64,000 bases of DNA from the NCBI GenBank assembly GCA_964252035.1, contig OZ176202.1. One strand, written 5' to 3'. Numbering within the stretch: the stretch's first letter is position 1; the number at the start of each line of letters is the position of its first letter. Made by a program: the position numbers and the translations under genes. Below the pieces are notes generated by a model that saw only the letters and a list, made by a program, of their open reading frames with translations, did no database searches and was not told the origin of the DNA. Positions 1-13,488 of this stretch are shown here, in pieces. The DNA is from Podarcis erhardii (taxonomy: Eukaryota).

Positions 1-2164
1 GGCATATTATCTAGTTCGTATGTTTAGCATTCATTAAGGCAGTTAAACTGGGTTATTAAGGAATAGTTTTAAAAATATTTAAAACCAGGGATTTTCTGCT
101 AAGATAGCTACTGATTTTATACAGTAAAAGCCTTCTCACCAGAGAGATCTGGCCGAAAATGCATTTACTTCAACAGCTTTCCTAGCTACAATTACAGCAT
201 GTTTCTCCAAGGCACGAGCTATGTTTTTCCAGAGTAGCGTTGATGCAAATAACATTTTAACAATCAGGTTTTTGTTAGCAAATGACTGGGAAAAATTGAT
301 TAAATTATGATTGGAGCAATTTCTCACAGCAGTTTAATAATAATAATAATACCGCTAAATATTTCCAGCAGCCTTGCAAAAGTTTCCTCCCCTTCTCTCC
401 CCACATCATCCTCTCACTTTTATGTTTCATTGTTCAAGTTTCAGGAGGGACTAGCCAGCACTGCTGACATCAGATTCCATCTCTTCCTGGATTCAGTTGT
501 CACCAAGTGAAACAAAAGCAGGTGGTGCTTGGAAAAGGGAATCATAGATGCCTGAAGCCATTTGTCACTCTGACAGGGTTTATTTGCATCGCGTACAATG
601 TGTCACTAAATCTGCTGGGCAATAAATATGGTTGTAGCTTTCCAGAATGCTGTATAAAATGATATACTAGATTAGCAGGCCTCTAGCGCACTGCACAATG
701 TAATTACCTTGATCCTTAACACATTTATTTTGACTTATTTCCAAGTAAGCATGCTTAAGATCGTAGGCCTGTCACATTCCGCACCAGCTGTGAAACCACA
801 TGGGGCAACCAGAACTAAGCCAAGTAAAAGTGTTTGTGCACTTGGTTGTTTGATTGTGTTTGCTGCGGGCACACCAGTGTTTCCTGCCATATTGTATTTT
901 GAGAGCTGGAAGAATGAAATGCCCCTTCAGTAGAAACACCATCTTTGATAAGATTTTGGGATTCTCTTTCGAAGCATGAATAACACTCTCAATTTGGAGG
1001 CTGCGTGCTTCCTCTTTTCTTTTCTTTTCTGGACTGCACATTTGACCAGTTCCTTTTGAAAATGGTGTGTGTGCGTGCGCAAGAACTGCTTTTTGCCACA
1101 TTGGATCCAATCAAGAATACACTGGGGCTGATGGATGGCACATCTGGCCGGCACCAGCTTGGCAAAAGTTGACTGGGAGGAAAACTTTGCTCTAGGTTTT
1201 AGCTGTATTTGCTGACTAAAAGTTCCAAGCCGGATTTCTCTCCCACAGTCTCCTGCCTCTCAGAACTCCTAGATCAGATCCTCTCTGAGATCAGTAGCTG
1301 TGTTTCCTAGGGATAGGCAACACTGTCCGTTGTGGTTTATCTCAGTCTCTTGTTTTTCCAATCTTAAGTTCAGTTCTCCACATTTCCATACCAGTCTGTA
1401 ATTTTTTTGTCATGTCCTCATGAAAATTCACCAGCATTTTCTTGTAGTGTACAGTACATATTTTTCCTACGTGATTTTGCCTGATATACACAAATTTACA
1501 GATTTCCTCCTAATACAAGAATGTGTTTTTGTATGTTCTTTTCAGTAGTATATGAGTTTTTATGCAAATTTACCCTTAGTATCTGTATTTTCATATATAT
1601 TACTTGGCTAGAGAGCTGTGTTACAAAATCAGGAGGGTGAGGATTTTGATTGATGGCTGCATTTCAGTTCCCATATTGTCTCAGCAAGTGCGAATTATGT
1701 AGGTTCACCTTTCAATGCAAACAGAATCAAATTTTCCCCGATGTTTCCCTCACAGCTTCTAATGCTGCTTGTCACCATTCCTAGGCAGGGCAGACAAATT
1801 CCATGCCACTATCACAGAAGCATAAATGAGGGAAGAATCATGTTTCCCCTGGTACAAACTGTTAATGTTTGCATAGTACAGAAACTTGATAACTCTTCAC
1901 CATAGGCTTGTAGGAAGGTTGTGAGCTCTAAACAACAAAGATATATACGATTACTGGTAGGGGGAAATACATCCTGTGGAGTCACTCTAAGGTTGACAGG
2001 TTAAAAGGTAAGAAGTTAGTAACATAAACTTGTGTCCCCCAAAATAAATTGTGTATATTATGGAGCTGGAATAAGAAGCAAGCCTTTAAAAAATAAGGGA
2101 TTAACTTAAAATATCAGGTAACACCTAGGCATCATCTTAAATCTGGGGAAAGAAAAATGCTTAT

Positions 2165-2503
2165 GGACGTGGGTCTAAACCACAGAGCCTAGGGCTTGCC
2201 GATCAGAAGGTTGGTGGTTCAAATCCCTGCGACGGGATGAGCTCCCGTTGCTCAGTCCCTGCTCCTGCCAACCTAGCAGTTTGAAAGCACATCAAAGTCA
2301 AAGTAGATAAATAGGTACCGCTCCAGTGGGAAGGTAAACGGCATTTCCGTGTGCTGCTCTGGTTCGCCAGAAACGGCTTAGTCATGCTGGCCACATGACC
2401 CAGAAATTGTACGCTGGCTCCCTCGGCCAGTAAAGCGAGGTGAGCGCCGCAACCCCAGAGTCATCCACAACTAGACCTAACGGTCAGGGGTCCCTTTACC
2501 TTT
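2165..2503 (+). mobile_element. Sauria SINE (Podarcis/POM-like), near full length
   Basis: tRNA-derived head with B box GGTTCAAATCC, the conserved core shared with six other copies, and tail ...ggggtccctttaccttt. Confidence 0.9.
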
Positions 2504-3604
2504 TATGCTTGTTTACTTTAAAACTATTACCTACCTAGTTCAGTATGGTTTTCCCCACCCCCAGGTGTCCTTTTAACTGAACCAAAAGGGTGTTTTCACA
2601 AGTAATGCTAAATATTACCTTTTAGACTATTGACCGTTCTCTACAATGAAAAGTAGAGAATTTATTTTAAGCAGCATAGAATTTAGATTGGAATTTCAAG
2701 TGCAGGACTAACAAAAGGCAACAAAAGAACTCTTGTTGGATATCTGGTCCAGCATCCTGTTATACAGTAGCCAACCAGATGCCTATGAGAAGCTTGCAAG
2801 CAAAGCCTGAGCACAACAGCATCTTCTCCTTCTGCAGCTTCTAGCAACTTGTCTTCAGAAGCATACAGCCTCCAACTGTGGAGGTCTGAATTTGAATTCC
2901 TTATGAAATGGGCAAAGACAGGCAGGTCAGATGTTCAGACCGCTGCTTGAGGGAGGGAAAGCAGCAAAAGAAGGAAACTGTTATTCCCACCTCAATGAGC
3001 ACTGAAATGTTTATATTCCATTAATTTTATCGGGATTATCCATTGCTTACATCACCGGATTGCATGTTCTTTCGGTCAGTAAGAAAACAGCAACAACAGC
3101 AAAATCAATCATGATTTGACCAGCCCCTGAGAAAGATGCAGACCAGTTGTGCAAACAGAAAATGATGCGGAGGGAAAACTCGTTTCACTGAAAATCATGC
3201 ACATTTCAAGGAACATCGATTCATCATAGGAAAGTACCAGTGTACTTGTCTCCTTTAGAACCAGAAATTATGAAATCATTTGTACTTGGCTTTCATGCAT
3301 ATACTTCCCTTCCAGCATTCCTCTTTCACTGGCTGTCCTTAAACTCAACAGTTATTTTTTTATACATGTAATTCTCTTGGTAAAAGTGTTTCATGCAAAA
3401 AAAAATATATGTTTGGTTTATTAATATAGTGTTGCCATGATCATGCATACATAACTAGTATAAAATAATGTATAGAAAAACTATTCAAGATACCTTAAGT
3501 ACTAACCCACATAGTTAGCACATAGTGCCCAACCAAGTTTTGGTGTTGCAGGAACAAACTCAGTGTTTGTGCACCCCTCCATTACCCCCTTGTTTCACAT
3601 ACTA

Positions 3605-3846
3605 CAGTGGCACCTCGAGTTAAGTACTTAATTCGTTCTGGAGGTCCATTCTTAACCTGAAACTGTTCTTAACCTGAAGCACCACTTTAGCTAATGGGGC
3701 CTCCTGTTGCTGCCGCACCGCTGGAGCACGATTTCTGTTCTCATGCTGAAGCAAAGTTCTTAACCCGAGGTACTATTTCTGGGTTAGCGGAGTCTGTAAC
3801 CTGAAGCACCTGTAACCTGAAGTGTATGTAACCCAAGGTAACACTG
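3605..3846 (-). mobile_element. Tc1/mariner Tigger-like MITE (family 1)
   Basis: TIR CAGTGG(T/C)ACCTCG, TA duplication, and internal CTTCAGGTT repeats shared with four other copies. Confidence 0.85.
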
Positions 3847-4144
3847 TACACTTCATTACAAACTGACTTTTGGGTTTGGTGTGTGTGTGTCAGTAAACGA
3901 GAGGAATTAAGACTAAGAGAGCTGAGTGGGGGGTGCTCTCACTGTATACAAGTTGTACAAGTGACAATAAAGTATTTCAGTATTTCTATTTCAATTAGTT
4001 TCTTCCTGATTAGTGGAAAAGCATAAGTTGCAATGACATTTGAACCAGCAAACTATGTTTTCCATGTGCCCTGCAAACCAGGATTGCAAATCAGTGTTCC
4101 TGGTCCAGATGTAGTAGCACACAATGGTTTGCTACAAACCAGTA

Positions 4145-4147
<3 letters not shown>

Positions 4148-4187
<40 letters not shown>
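4148..4187. repeat. (CA)n microsatellite; others at about 15734-15769 and 28601-28633
   Basis: Direct inspection. Confidence 0.95.
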
Positions 4188-4189
<2 letters not shown>

Positions 4190-4854
4190 TAAGTGCAAGA
4201 GGGAACATGCAAACCCTGGGTTTATTCCCATAACAACAAATCATGGTTTGGCGTTTCATGTGTTCCGATCCAATCTAATGTATTGCTATATTGTTAATAT
4301 ATTCAGTGTGGGAGACAGCAGAAGCAGGACGCATAAAACAATGTTTCTCTGAACTTTGGTTAGGTATAAAGGTTCTTCTTCCAATGCAAAGCAACATTTG
4401 GACTATAATTGCTAGCATTTATAGCATTTACAATTGCTATAATTGCTAACATTTATCCAGCATGTTCAAATGTTCAAAGCACACCACATATTAGGGTATC
4501 AACCATTCCAACAATTCTTAAGTCAGTTTTAGAACCCCAGTTTTGGACATTGTATGGCTTGCCTAAGGCCACCCGCCTATTAAAAGCATAACAGAAAGAA
4601 AATTTGAAGAATGAACTTGGTGGCTCACAGCTTAGTGTCTTGGTGACTGCAATACACTAGCTTCTTCCATGAAAAATGCAGGGCCATTCTCAGAACTGCA
4701 CCAGCAATGTATATTACTTGTGCTTCACTTCTGATTGCCTAATCCTATGACTTAAAAGGAGCTGCACAAGGACAGCAGCCTCATCATGTGCGAGGAGCTA
4801 CTAAGGATCCCAAGACCACCAGTGTACCTGCTTTTATTTTTAATAAAGAGGTTT

Positions 4855-5330
4855 ACCTGACAAGTAGTTTCCAGAACCTTGATCATCCTGATTGCGCTCC
4901 TCCTCCAGCTTATCCTTCTTAAATTGTGGTACCCAGAATTGGACACAGTATTCCAAGTGTGGTCTGACCAAGGCAGAATAGAGTGGTACTATTACAGTGG
5001 TACCTCGGGTTACACATTGCTTCAGGTTACACACTCCACTAACCCAGAAATAGTGCTTCAGGTTAAGAACTTTGCTTCAGGATAAGAACAGAAATCGGGT
5101 ACCAGCAGCACAGCAGCAGCAGGAGGCCCCATTAGCTAAAGTGGTGCTTCAGGTTAAGAACAGTTTCAGGTTAAGAACGGACCTCCGGAATAAATAAACT
5201 ACTTAACTGAGGTACCACTGTACTTCCCTTGATCTGGATGCTATACTTCTGTTGATGCAGCCTAGAATAGCATTAGCTTTTTTTGCTGCTGCATTACGCT
5301 GTTGACTCATGCTAAGCTTGTGATCCACCA
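4855..5330 (-). mobile_element. CR1 LINE ORF2 remnant
   Basis: The minus strand translates [24 protein letters not shown], a CR1 ORF2 C-terminal motif. It is split by the Tigger-like MITE. Confidence 0.8.
4995..5220 (+). mobile_element. Tigger-like MITE (family 1) nested in a CR1 fragment
   Basis: TA-CAGTGGTACCTCG...GAGGTACCACTG-TA. Removing it restores continuous CR1 sequence. Confidence 0.9.
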
Positions 5331-5789
5331 TTTGCTTAGTAGAAAATCCTATTAGGCTGCAGGGAAGCTTTAAGTCACGTTTTGTACCACCCTGGCTTGG
5401 CCCCTCTCATTTTGAAATTCTTGATCTAGTAACAAAGATAGCAACCCTTTGCCAGCAATCTGGCTTTCGCCTTTCATGGGCCTCCAATCCCCAGTTTATG
5501 AAACAGAACAAGCCGGCCAGAATTAAGCAAGGTTCAGATGAGGTTAGCAGAATGCCCTTTCTTGGCCTTGGAACTACTGAACAATGACACTGCTCATGAT
5601 CGCTAAAGTGGAGTCATGGCTGCATTACATTTGAGCAATCTTAATCTTCCAGGAAAGAAAGCAATATGTGGGCAACAGACTTAGGCTTTTCCAATTAAGT
5701 GTTTTACACTAGCAAGAGAAAGAAGCATGGGATATCTTCATTAGGAATGCATTCCATTATAACTCCTGTTCTGCTTTGCTCACTTCCAG

Positions 5790-5915
5790 ACGATTATGCC
5801 CAATTGTGCAACATTCCAGTGCCAGGATCTCGGAGGCCGTACGGGCAAGATGCATTGACTGACTTTGAGGAGGAACAGTATACTCCGGAAACTGATCCAT
5901 ACTTTGTGGAAGACC
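5790..5915 (+). CDS. LTBP1: LTBP1 antepenultimate coding exon (linker after the last TB/8-Cys domain)
   Basis: ttccag|A acceptor and C|gtaagc donor, 126 nt, phase 1-1. Translates (D)DYAQLCNIPVPGSRRPYGQDALTDFEEEQYTPETDPYFVED(R), matching vertebrate LTBP1 and joining in frame to the next exon. Confidence 0.95.
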
Positions 5916-6361
5916 GTAAGCAACCTTTGCTCCCCAAAACTAAACATTAGTAGCTTGGGTTCCTCCTGCTTATTCAGTAAATAAATACAATGGTAATGCT
6001 AATAAACTTCTGTCTAGGTTTGGATGAGAAGCATAGAGGATGGAGCCCTCTCCTTTAAATCTCTGTGGTTTGAAGGGTAAAGGTGGGCAGGGTGCCCAAA
6101 AGCCCTTTGTAAACATCCCTGCAGGAGGATATTTACAAAGGGCTCTTTCAAAGCCCCGTGCTTCACTTTGAAGTTTTGACAATCAGGGCTTCCAAGGGAA
6201 GCATCACAGGACATCACAATGAAATCAGGTGTTTGACAAGAGAGCCCCACACACCTGTCAACCTTTGCCCACCAGGGATGGAGGAGATAAAGATCTGCTC
6301 CTCCAGACAACAAAAGTTCCCCACCCTAGGGGAGGGGGTAGGAATTAGTAAGCTGGCAGAG

Positions 6362-6711
6362 GGGACTGGGGGGGGGAGCTGTGGGTTAAACCACAGAGCC
6401 TAGGGCTTGCCGATCAGAAGGTCAGCGGTTCGAATCCCCGCAACGGGGTGAACTCCCGTTGCTCGGTCCCTGCTTCTGCCAACCTAGCATTTTGAAAACA
6501 CGTCAAAGTGCAAGTAGATAAATAGGTACCACTCCGGCGGGAAGGTAAACGGCGTTTCCGTGCGCTGCTCTGGTTCGCCAGAAGTGGCGTAGTCATGCTG
6601 GCCACATGACCCGGAAGCTGTACGCCAGCTCCCTCAGCCAATAAAGCGAGATGAGCGCCACAACCCCAGAGTCGGTCACGACTGGACCTAATGGTCAGGG
6701 GTCTCTTTACC
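6362..6711 (+). mobile_element. Sauria SINE, full length
   Basis: Same head, core and tail as the other copies. 13-bp TSD TAAGCTGGCAGAG at 6349-6361 and 6712-6724. Confidence 0.92.
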
Positions 6712-9264
6712 TAAGCTGGCAGAGTCAGGGGCAGGGAGGGTTGGCAAGCAAAGCAGAGTGAAGTGAGCAGGGGTAGCAGACTCTAGCTGACGCAGTAAAA
6801 TATATTTGGGCTCCAAGGATCCTTATTCTTTATCGTTCCTCTGGGTAGATAGCACATGGCATGGTTCCTGCTTGATCCTCGGGAGTCTGTCGACACAGGC
6901 CTTCCGTGACGCAGTCCATGTATGTGCACGCTGCAAATGTTCAGTATCATGTGTGAATTAAGCAGTGGTTAATAAAGTGGCTATTCCAGCGGCGTTGTGC
7001 TTATCACTTCCCTGTTTCATTTGGTCTCTTTCCTGATAGTGTTTGGTTAAAATATATCGTATATCAAAAAGGGAAACAAAAGAAAAATAAATAACTCGGA
7101 GCAAGGCAAGAAAGTAGCAAAAGTGTTTCATATATTTCATTCCCTTCAGCAGAGGCCAGCCTAATGATTTCATCTCTGCTGAATGCTGAACAAACTCAGT
7201 TGACTTATGCAAAGTTGTATAAGGTCCAGCCATTTCCATTTCGTATGACTTTAATTAAACTGAGCAGCTCTCTGAGCTGAACTATAGCTAAATGGTAACA
7301 TTGTTTTAAAAAATTGCAAAACAGTGTGTACTGGAAACCATGGGAAGAAATGATGGCATAGTCACGGGAGCAAAAGGGGAAATGTTGGGCAACCCCCCCC
7401 CCCATTATCTGCTGGTATTAGGTTGCTGTTTAAGTTGTAATGCTTTCCTTTAAGGTTTCCATTTGGATTGTGGGTTCATCTCAGTGTGTTAATCTCTGGA
7501 TGGCATAGATCAGTGTTTCAACACAGGTTCCAGATTCAACCACTGCCATCTCTGTTTTTTTAATCAGTAATAGGGATGAGGAAACAGACCCTTGCTTGAG
7601 ACCCCAGAAGACCACTCCCAGTTGGAGTGGGTAGCCATGGGCTAGATAGACCCATGGCTCACCCTGAAGAGGGCAACTTCATACATCCAAGGAACAAATG
7701 AATATGAATGGGTCTTTCTTCAGTTAAACAATAAGCTCTTTGTTTAAAAGGGGAGGACTTCTGCAAGCATTGTATATTTTTTTTAACATTTATTTATTTA
7801 TAGCATGTTTACTTTGCCATACAACCAAAAAAACCATCCGACTCTCAGAGCAGCCTACATGCAATCAATTAAAGTAATTGTTTCATCCAAGGCACCATTT
7901 CTGAAAGTTTTCATGATGACCAGCTGGGATGGAAGCCGTTCAGGGGCAGGAGGAGCCCTGTGGAACTAGTGGAGCTAATGGCCCCATCATAGTGGAGAGA
8001 GGGAGGACCTCATGGAGAGAGTCCTTCAGCAGGACTGGATGATTAGCTTTACCCAGTGGTAGTTCCTAAAGTGAAGATGGGCTGCAGCTTTCACATAAAA
8101 GATTCTTGCGTTTTGCCTCTAATTAATCTCAGTTTAGGCTTGCTGCTGCTTATAATATAACAGAACCTTTATCTCTTAGACTAGTGGCAACTGAGGAATC
8201 TATCTTGAGGGCATAACTATTTCCATGTATCCCAAAGAACTTTGGCCTTCTTTTTCTAGCAGCACGAGTTCACCATACCCAAAGGAGTCCTGTGGGATGT
8301 ATCCTGTGAGAGTACAGCACATAGGCATCAGGGTGTAGATGTGGAAAACTCACCACATGGCAACTGGCACTTGCTGAGATGCTTTGCACAGAAGTGCAGG
8401 CTTCTAGGGGTAGACTAGACATGACACTTTCCATGGAAGTTTGCTGTAGTTTCCTTAGATGAAAACAGCTTTAGTCATATTCATGTATACTTAAAAGGAA
8501 TGGTGCATTCTCAGATATATTATTAATCATTTATAGTACAGCAGAATGAAAACAGCCTTATATTTACTTCACTAATCTGTTGTATATTTCTATAATGGGT
8601 TTTGTTTACTTTTTCAAACTGCTGTATCTCAGGCTTATTGCCCAAAAAATATCTGTGGTTGTTTAATAAGATTGGGTCCAAAGCTGCTTAGACCACATTT
8701 TGGGAAATAAAAGACTTCTCAAAAATTACCACTTTGTGGACTGCAAATTCCTCAGATGTTCTTTGTGCTTGACTGCCATCTGCAGGACTGTTCAGTTATT
8801 GCTTCTGGGAAATGTCTATCCTTTTTGTAAATTTTTAGGTTGTACCTACATATTATAAAGAAAACATGGTGCTGCAAAACCCCTGTTTCTCTTGTGGTGC
8901 CTTGGAACTGAAATTGACCTTGACCTTGAAGTGTGTCCCTATTTTAAAATTTAATTTATTTATTTACTTTTCTACTATGAGCTCCATGGAGTTCCTAATG
9001 AAGGCAGTCATGTCTTCTGCAAAACAGCAACAGCATCTTATTAATTGATTGGCACTTCAAACATTTGGACTAGTTTATCTCTGTATGCCCTGAGCATAAC
9101 ATCACAGCCTGTGACTTTGCTCTGGAAGCTTTTCAAGCACTCATTGCAGGCTGAGAAAGGCTTTATTTAGGGTGGTAACACAATAGAGAATGCCCTTTGG
9201 AGGTTGGTTCATTAAGACTCTACAGCTGTTGAATGCAATCATTTCCTATGTTTTTACTGCCCAG

Positions 9265-9414
9265 GTTTCCGGAACAGCTTTGAGGAATTACAGGCAGAAG
9301 AATGTGGCATTCTGAATGGATGTGAAAATGGACGCTGCGTGAGGGTGCAGGAAGGATATACCTGTGACTGTTTTGATGGTTACCATTTGGACATGGCCAA
9401 AATGACATGTGTTG
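9265..9414 (+). CDS. LTBP1: LTBP1 penultimate coding exon (EGF-like domain)
   Basis: cccag|G acceptor and G|gtaagt donor, 150 nt. Translates (R)[49 protein letters not shown], the LTBP1 C-terminal EGF repeat. Confidence 0.97.
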
Positions 9415-10027
9415 GTAAGTGGATGTCACATACAGGCCACTTGCAGAGTCCGCCAAATGTAGAGGATAAGCCGGCACCTCTGATTTTGATGATCAGATGT
9501 GTTTTCGTGTTTAAGGGTTTCTGAATCCTACAGTTCAGCGGCACATTCCACTGGGAAGTTCTCCTGCATGTGCCCCATGGAAATGAGCGGGAGCTATGCA
9601 AGAGATGAGCAATGGTGCAGCTCCTCTTGCGTTTCAGTGGGACTTGCACTCAAGAGCTTCTTGGTGGATTGTGCCCTAAATGCAAGGGCAGCCTGCACTA
9701 AATTCCTGCATGGTTCACATGGCTAGCAGAAGAGGTGAAACAATCAGGGCAGAATGTGCAGCCCACATAGTTGACTTCCCTTGGTGACTGTAAGAATTTA
9801 CTAGAAAGAAGGTACCTGCCTCTTCCTACACTCCTAGGAGTGAAACAGGTAGTGCCTAAGCAGGCATGCATAAAACAGTGGCCAGCCAGGCCCCCTATTC
9901 ACTGTCTAATCAGTAAAATTTACCTGCCACAAGTGCTGCTGCATATGTATGTACACATGCTGTAACTTTAGGCTGTTTGTGGACAAATTAGGGTCATTTT
10001 AATTATGTTCAACTTACATGGCAGGTA

Positions 10028-10396
10028 GGACACGGGAGGCACTGTGGTCTAAACCACTGAGCCTAGGGCTTGCCGATAGGAAGGTCGGCAGTTCGAATCC
10101 CCACGACTGGGTGAGCTCCCATTGCTCGGTCCCAGCTCCTGCCAACCTAGCAGTTCAAAAGCATGCCAAAGGTGCAAGTAGATAAATAGGGACCGCTCCG
10201 GCGGGAAAGTAAATGGCGTTTCCGTGCGCTGCTCTGGTTTCATCAGAAGCGGCTGAGTCATGCTGGCCACATGACCCGAGAAAACTGTCTGCAGACCAAC
10301 GCCGGCTCCCTCGGCCAGTGAAGTGAGATGAGTGCCACAACCCCAGAGTCGTTCACGACTGGACTTAACTGTTAGGGGTCCTTTACTTTTACCTTT
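10028..10396 (+). mobile_element. Sauria SINE in the last LTBP1 intron
   Basis: Full head-to-tail match to the other copies. Flanking TSD TTACATG(G/A)CAGGTA. Confidence 0.9.
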
Positions 10397-10675
10397 TTAC
10401 ATGACAGGTAAAGTTTTACTTGTGTATTTGTCCTGTATTTGAACACTATTACCTTGCGTTGATGGAAAGACGATGTCATGCACATAAACGTAGCCGCTTT
10501 TCTTGCTTTTCTTTGCACAAGATAGAAGACCGCAGACTGGACACTGAAAGTTCTCTTGTTAATCACAGACTTGAATGCAGGGCTGGTGGGCAAGTCACAG
10601 CAAACTGTGCTTCCCTCAGTCTTTGACAGCATCTAATACCACACTATTTCTGACCTTGTTTGCTTTTCCTTCTAG

Positions 10676-10845
10676 ATGTGAATGAATGCAACGAACTGAA
10701 CAATAGGATGTCTCTCTGCAAGAATGCCAAGTGCATTAACACAGAAGGATCGTACAAGTGTTTGTGTCTCCCAGGCTATGTCCCATCAGACCAAGCCAAT
10801 TACTGCACACCCCTGAACTCGGACACAGAGAGTGAACTGGAGTAA
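10676..10845 (+). CDS. LTBP1: LTBP1 last coding exon (calcium-binding EGF domain and stop)
   Basis: ttctag|A acceptor. Translates (D)VNECNELNNRMSLCKNAKCINTEGSYKCLCLPGYVPSDQANYCTPLNSDTESELE*, with TAA at 10843-10845. Confidence 0.97.
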
Positions 10846-11663
10846 GAGAAGCAGCAGCAGCCGTGTAACTTTAAGCCCATATACTCTGCACTGTAAAAAG
10901 AAAAGAAAAGAAGCGTATTTAACTTGAGTTAAGGACGCTCCTCATCCAGATGTTGGCTGTGTGTGGAAAACAAGCAATAAAACGTGTCTTCTTAAAAGTG
11001 AAAGGTGATGGTTCAGTATACATCATCTTCACTAAAGCAACAGACCAAATGGACACATTTCCCTGTATGGAAGAAGCAATTGAGTATATAGTGTGTTCAT
11101 AAATAAAATTCACAGAAAAAAGCAAAATATGCTGTTATTTTGAACAGAAGGGTGGTATTGTGTTGTTGTTTTTTACTATTGCTTGGTTTATTTGGCATTT
11201 AACTAGTTGTGAAAATATTTTATAGGCTTTTTTTATTTAGCAGTTCTTTGCCTACTGTTCCTTTGGAAGCTTTCCCCTTTTGATCCAGTATTGCAATATA
11301 AGCAATTTTCTAATGGTTATACACAAAATAATGCTCGTCTTTGTCTGGAACATTGGCCAGTGACTTTTTAAAATTACTATAAATGTCTGCCCTGTGGAGC
11401 AGACACTGTTTTTTAAAAAAATAATGTACACTTCATGGAGATAAATCCATTGTATTCATTTTGTATTCCATGTGGCCTTTTACTGCACTTAACATGCCTT
11501 AGAACCTGCCTTGCCAAGTTTCGAAGCTGCTAGAGGACGACCATTGAATATCTTTTGTACTCTGTAACAAAAGATCTAAGCTCCTGTTTGTATTGTAATG
11601 TGTAAATTAAACACAGATCTTGTATTGGTTACCCTAACATATTAAAGCTGTATATTAAAACTC

Positions 11664-11669
11664 AATAAA
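11664..11669 (+). terminator. LTBP1: Probable main LTBP1 polyadenylation signal (AATAAA)
   Basis: AATAAA about 820 nt after the stop, followed by T/GT-rich sequence at about 11690-11750. Further AATAAA hexamers lie at 10976 and 11102. Confidence 0.6.
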
Positions 11670-13352
11670 ATCTACAATTTTTTAGAAAAATTGAAGTATG
11701 TATTTGCTCTAAGGTTTTCTGTTACTGCTTTGCGATTATTTTATTACAGTTAATAACCCAGTGCTTTATAATCAAAATACCTGAGCTACTGTTCTTGACA
11801 GCATTTTTAAATTTTGGGCCCATGACATTTCTCTGACCATGGCAATTGTTGCTACCATGTAGATCTCTTTAGATATATTCATAAATATATCTGGTTCATT
11901 CTCCATGAGGAGAGCATGCCATTTTGCAGACCATTGCAAACCTCATCCATGTCAGATGGCCAGTTTTGTGTAAAATTTCATTTTATCCTTCTAGCCACTA
12001 AATCAGAGGAGCAGAGAGCCATTGTTTCCACATGGGCAGCTGAGGAACTCAAGAAGCGGAAATGGCTGCATCAACCTCTCAAGATATGTTTAGATTTCAC
12101 AAGCACCTTAGACATAGGTTGGAAATCCTCCACCAATATAAAGAAGCAACAGTTTTTAAAAGTCAGCAAGTTGGGGGAGAAAACTATAAAAACATAGGTT
12201 CGCTAAAAATGTATCTGGTCCTTTATTTCATTTCATTTCATTTACAAAGACCATTTTAAAGTATTGGAGGAAATATATATTGGAAGCTATAAAGGAATTC
12301 TACAACAGGTTGTATTTGTGTCTTTCTGTCTGTCTCAGGCGACACTCTCAGGAGTGTGCTTTCAGGGGGTGAAGTCAACCTGTTGGAGAACGTTTCTGCC
12401 ATCCCTCTGTAAGCCCTTTCTTTGTACTGATCCTTATATAATGAAGGCCAGAGGATCCAGAACTTTCTCCCATTCGTGGCTCCAGTTTTTCATGGGGGGT
12501 GGGCACAGAGAGAGCCTCAACACTAGCCAGCTGGAAGGGAGATATAATGTGAAAAACACAGCCCTGAGACAGCACATAGAACTGGGTTGATTAATTTTCC
12601 AGGTGTAGCTGTTTTAGTGCCGTGGAAAGGACTTCGGAAAGTGCAACCATTACAGTCATGTTGTCTCTGCGTTTGCCCATCAGCCTGCCCCAGCCCTGTA
12701 AACTGAGGTGTGAAATGCCCATTGACTTGCATTAGCTCCTGTGCTAGTCAGGATAGTTTAAATATCAACTTTCGTTAACTATCTAAAAATATATGATGCT
12801 TTACAGTACAGAACAGGCCCCTGCTTAAGGAGCTTACAACCAAAACTATAGCACAGAGAAGACTAGCAAAAGGAAAATGGTCCACAAGGTGGACCCCAAA
12901 ATGGCGCCTCCCTCCCTGCCAGGGAAGAAGGGATGAAGGAAGATCTACACCAGGAACAAGGGGGAAAATAAATATTGTTATTGGGATCTGCTGGCCCCAG
13001 TGAACCCTTTCTCCTCAGGCAGTCATCTCACCTCATTGGTGGGCCAGCCCCAAATAAAGATGTACATTGCAATCTGCTACCCCTGTGGCTTCTGTTGCCT
13101 GAGGCAGTCACCTCAGCTTGCCTTATGGATGGGTAGCAGTAGAGATGGTGTCTCTTGTACCCAAGATACTTTTTACAAACTTTAAATCCCTGTTCTTATC
13201 TAAAATTATCCCAAAATATTAGTGTTTTCATCTGTTTTGCCACAATGCTATAAGTGAGAGCAGTTGGTGCAACATCACTCATGCCCCAAACATAAAATGT
13301 ACAGCAAATTAAAGTCTGAAATTAGACCTCTTGAGCATTCTTGCAGTAAATC

Positions 13353-13488
13353 CAGCGTGCAGAACCTTTGCCTCTCCAGATGTCTCTGAACTGCAACTCC
13401 CATCGGCCCCAAAAAGTGTGGACAGTGGCCAGAGATGGTGGGAGTTGTAGTTCAGAAACATCTGGAGGGCCAAAGGTTCTCTACACTG
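13353..13488. mobile_element. hAT-like fold-back MITE (related to 18055)
   Basis: Shared ctccagatg...actcccat / atg..gggagttgtagt...catctggaggg arms; the TSD has decayed. Confidence 0.7.

Noticed and set aside
2165-2260. tRNA-like A/B boxes here and in other SINE heads
   Set aside because: They are SINE promoters continuing into SINE core and tail, with no complete cloverleaf, so they are not tRNA genes.
1-5789. Expected upstream LTBP1 TB4/EGF exons
   Set aside because: No CCC...GEAWG or EGF cysteine pattern with splice sites was found; these exons probably lie upstream of the window.
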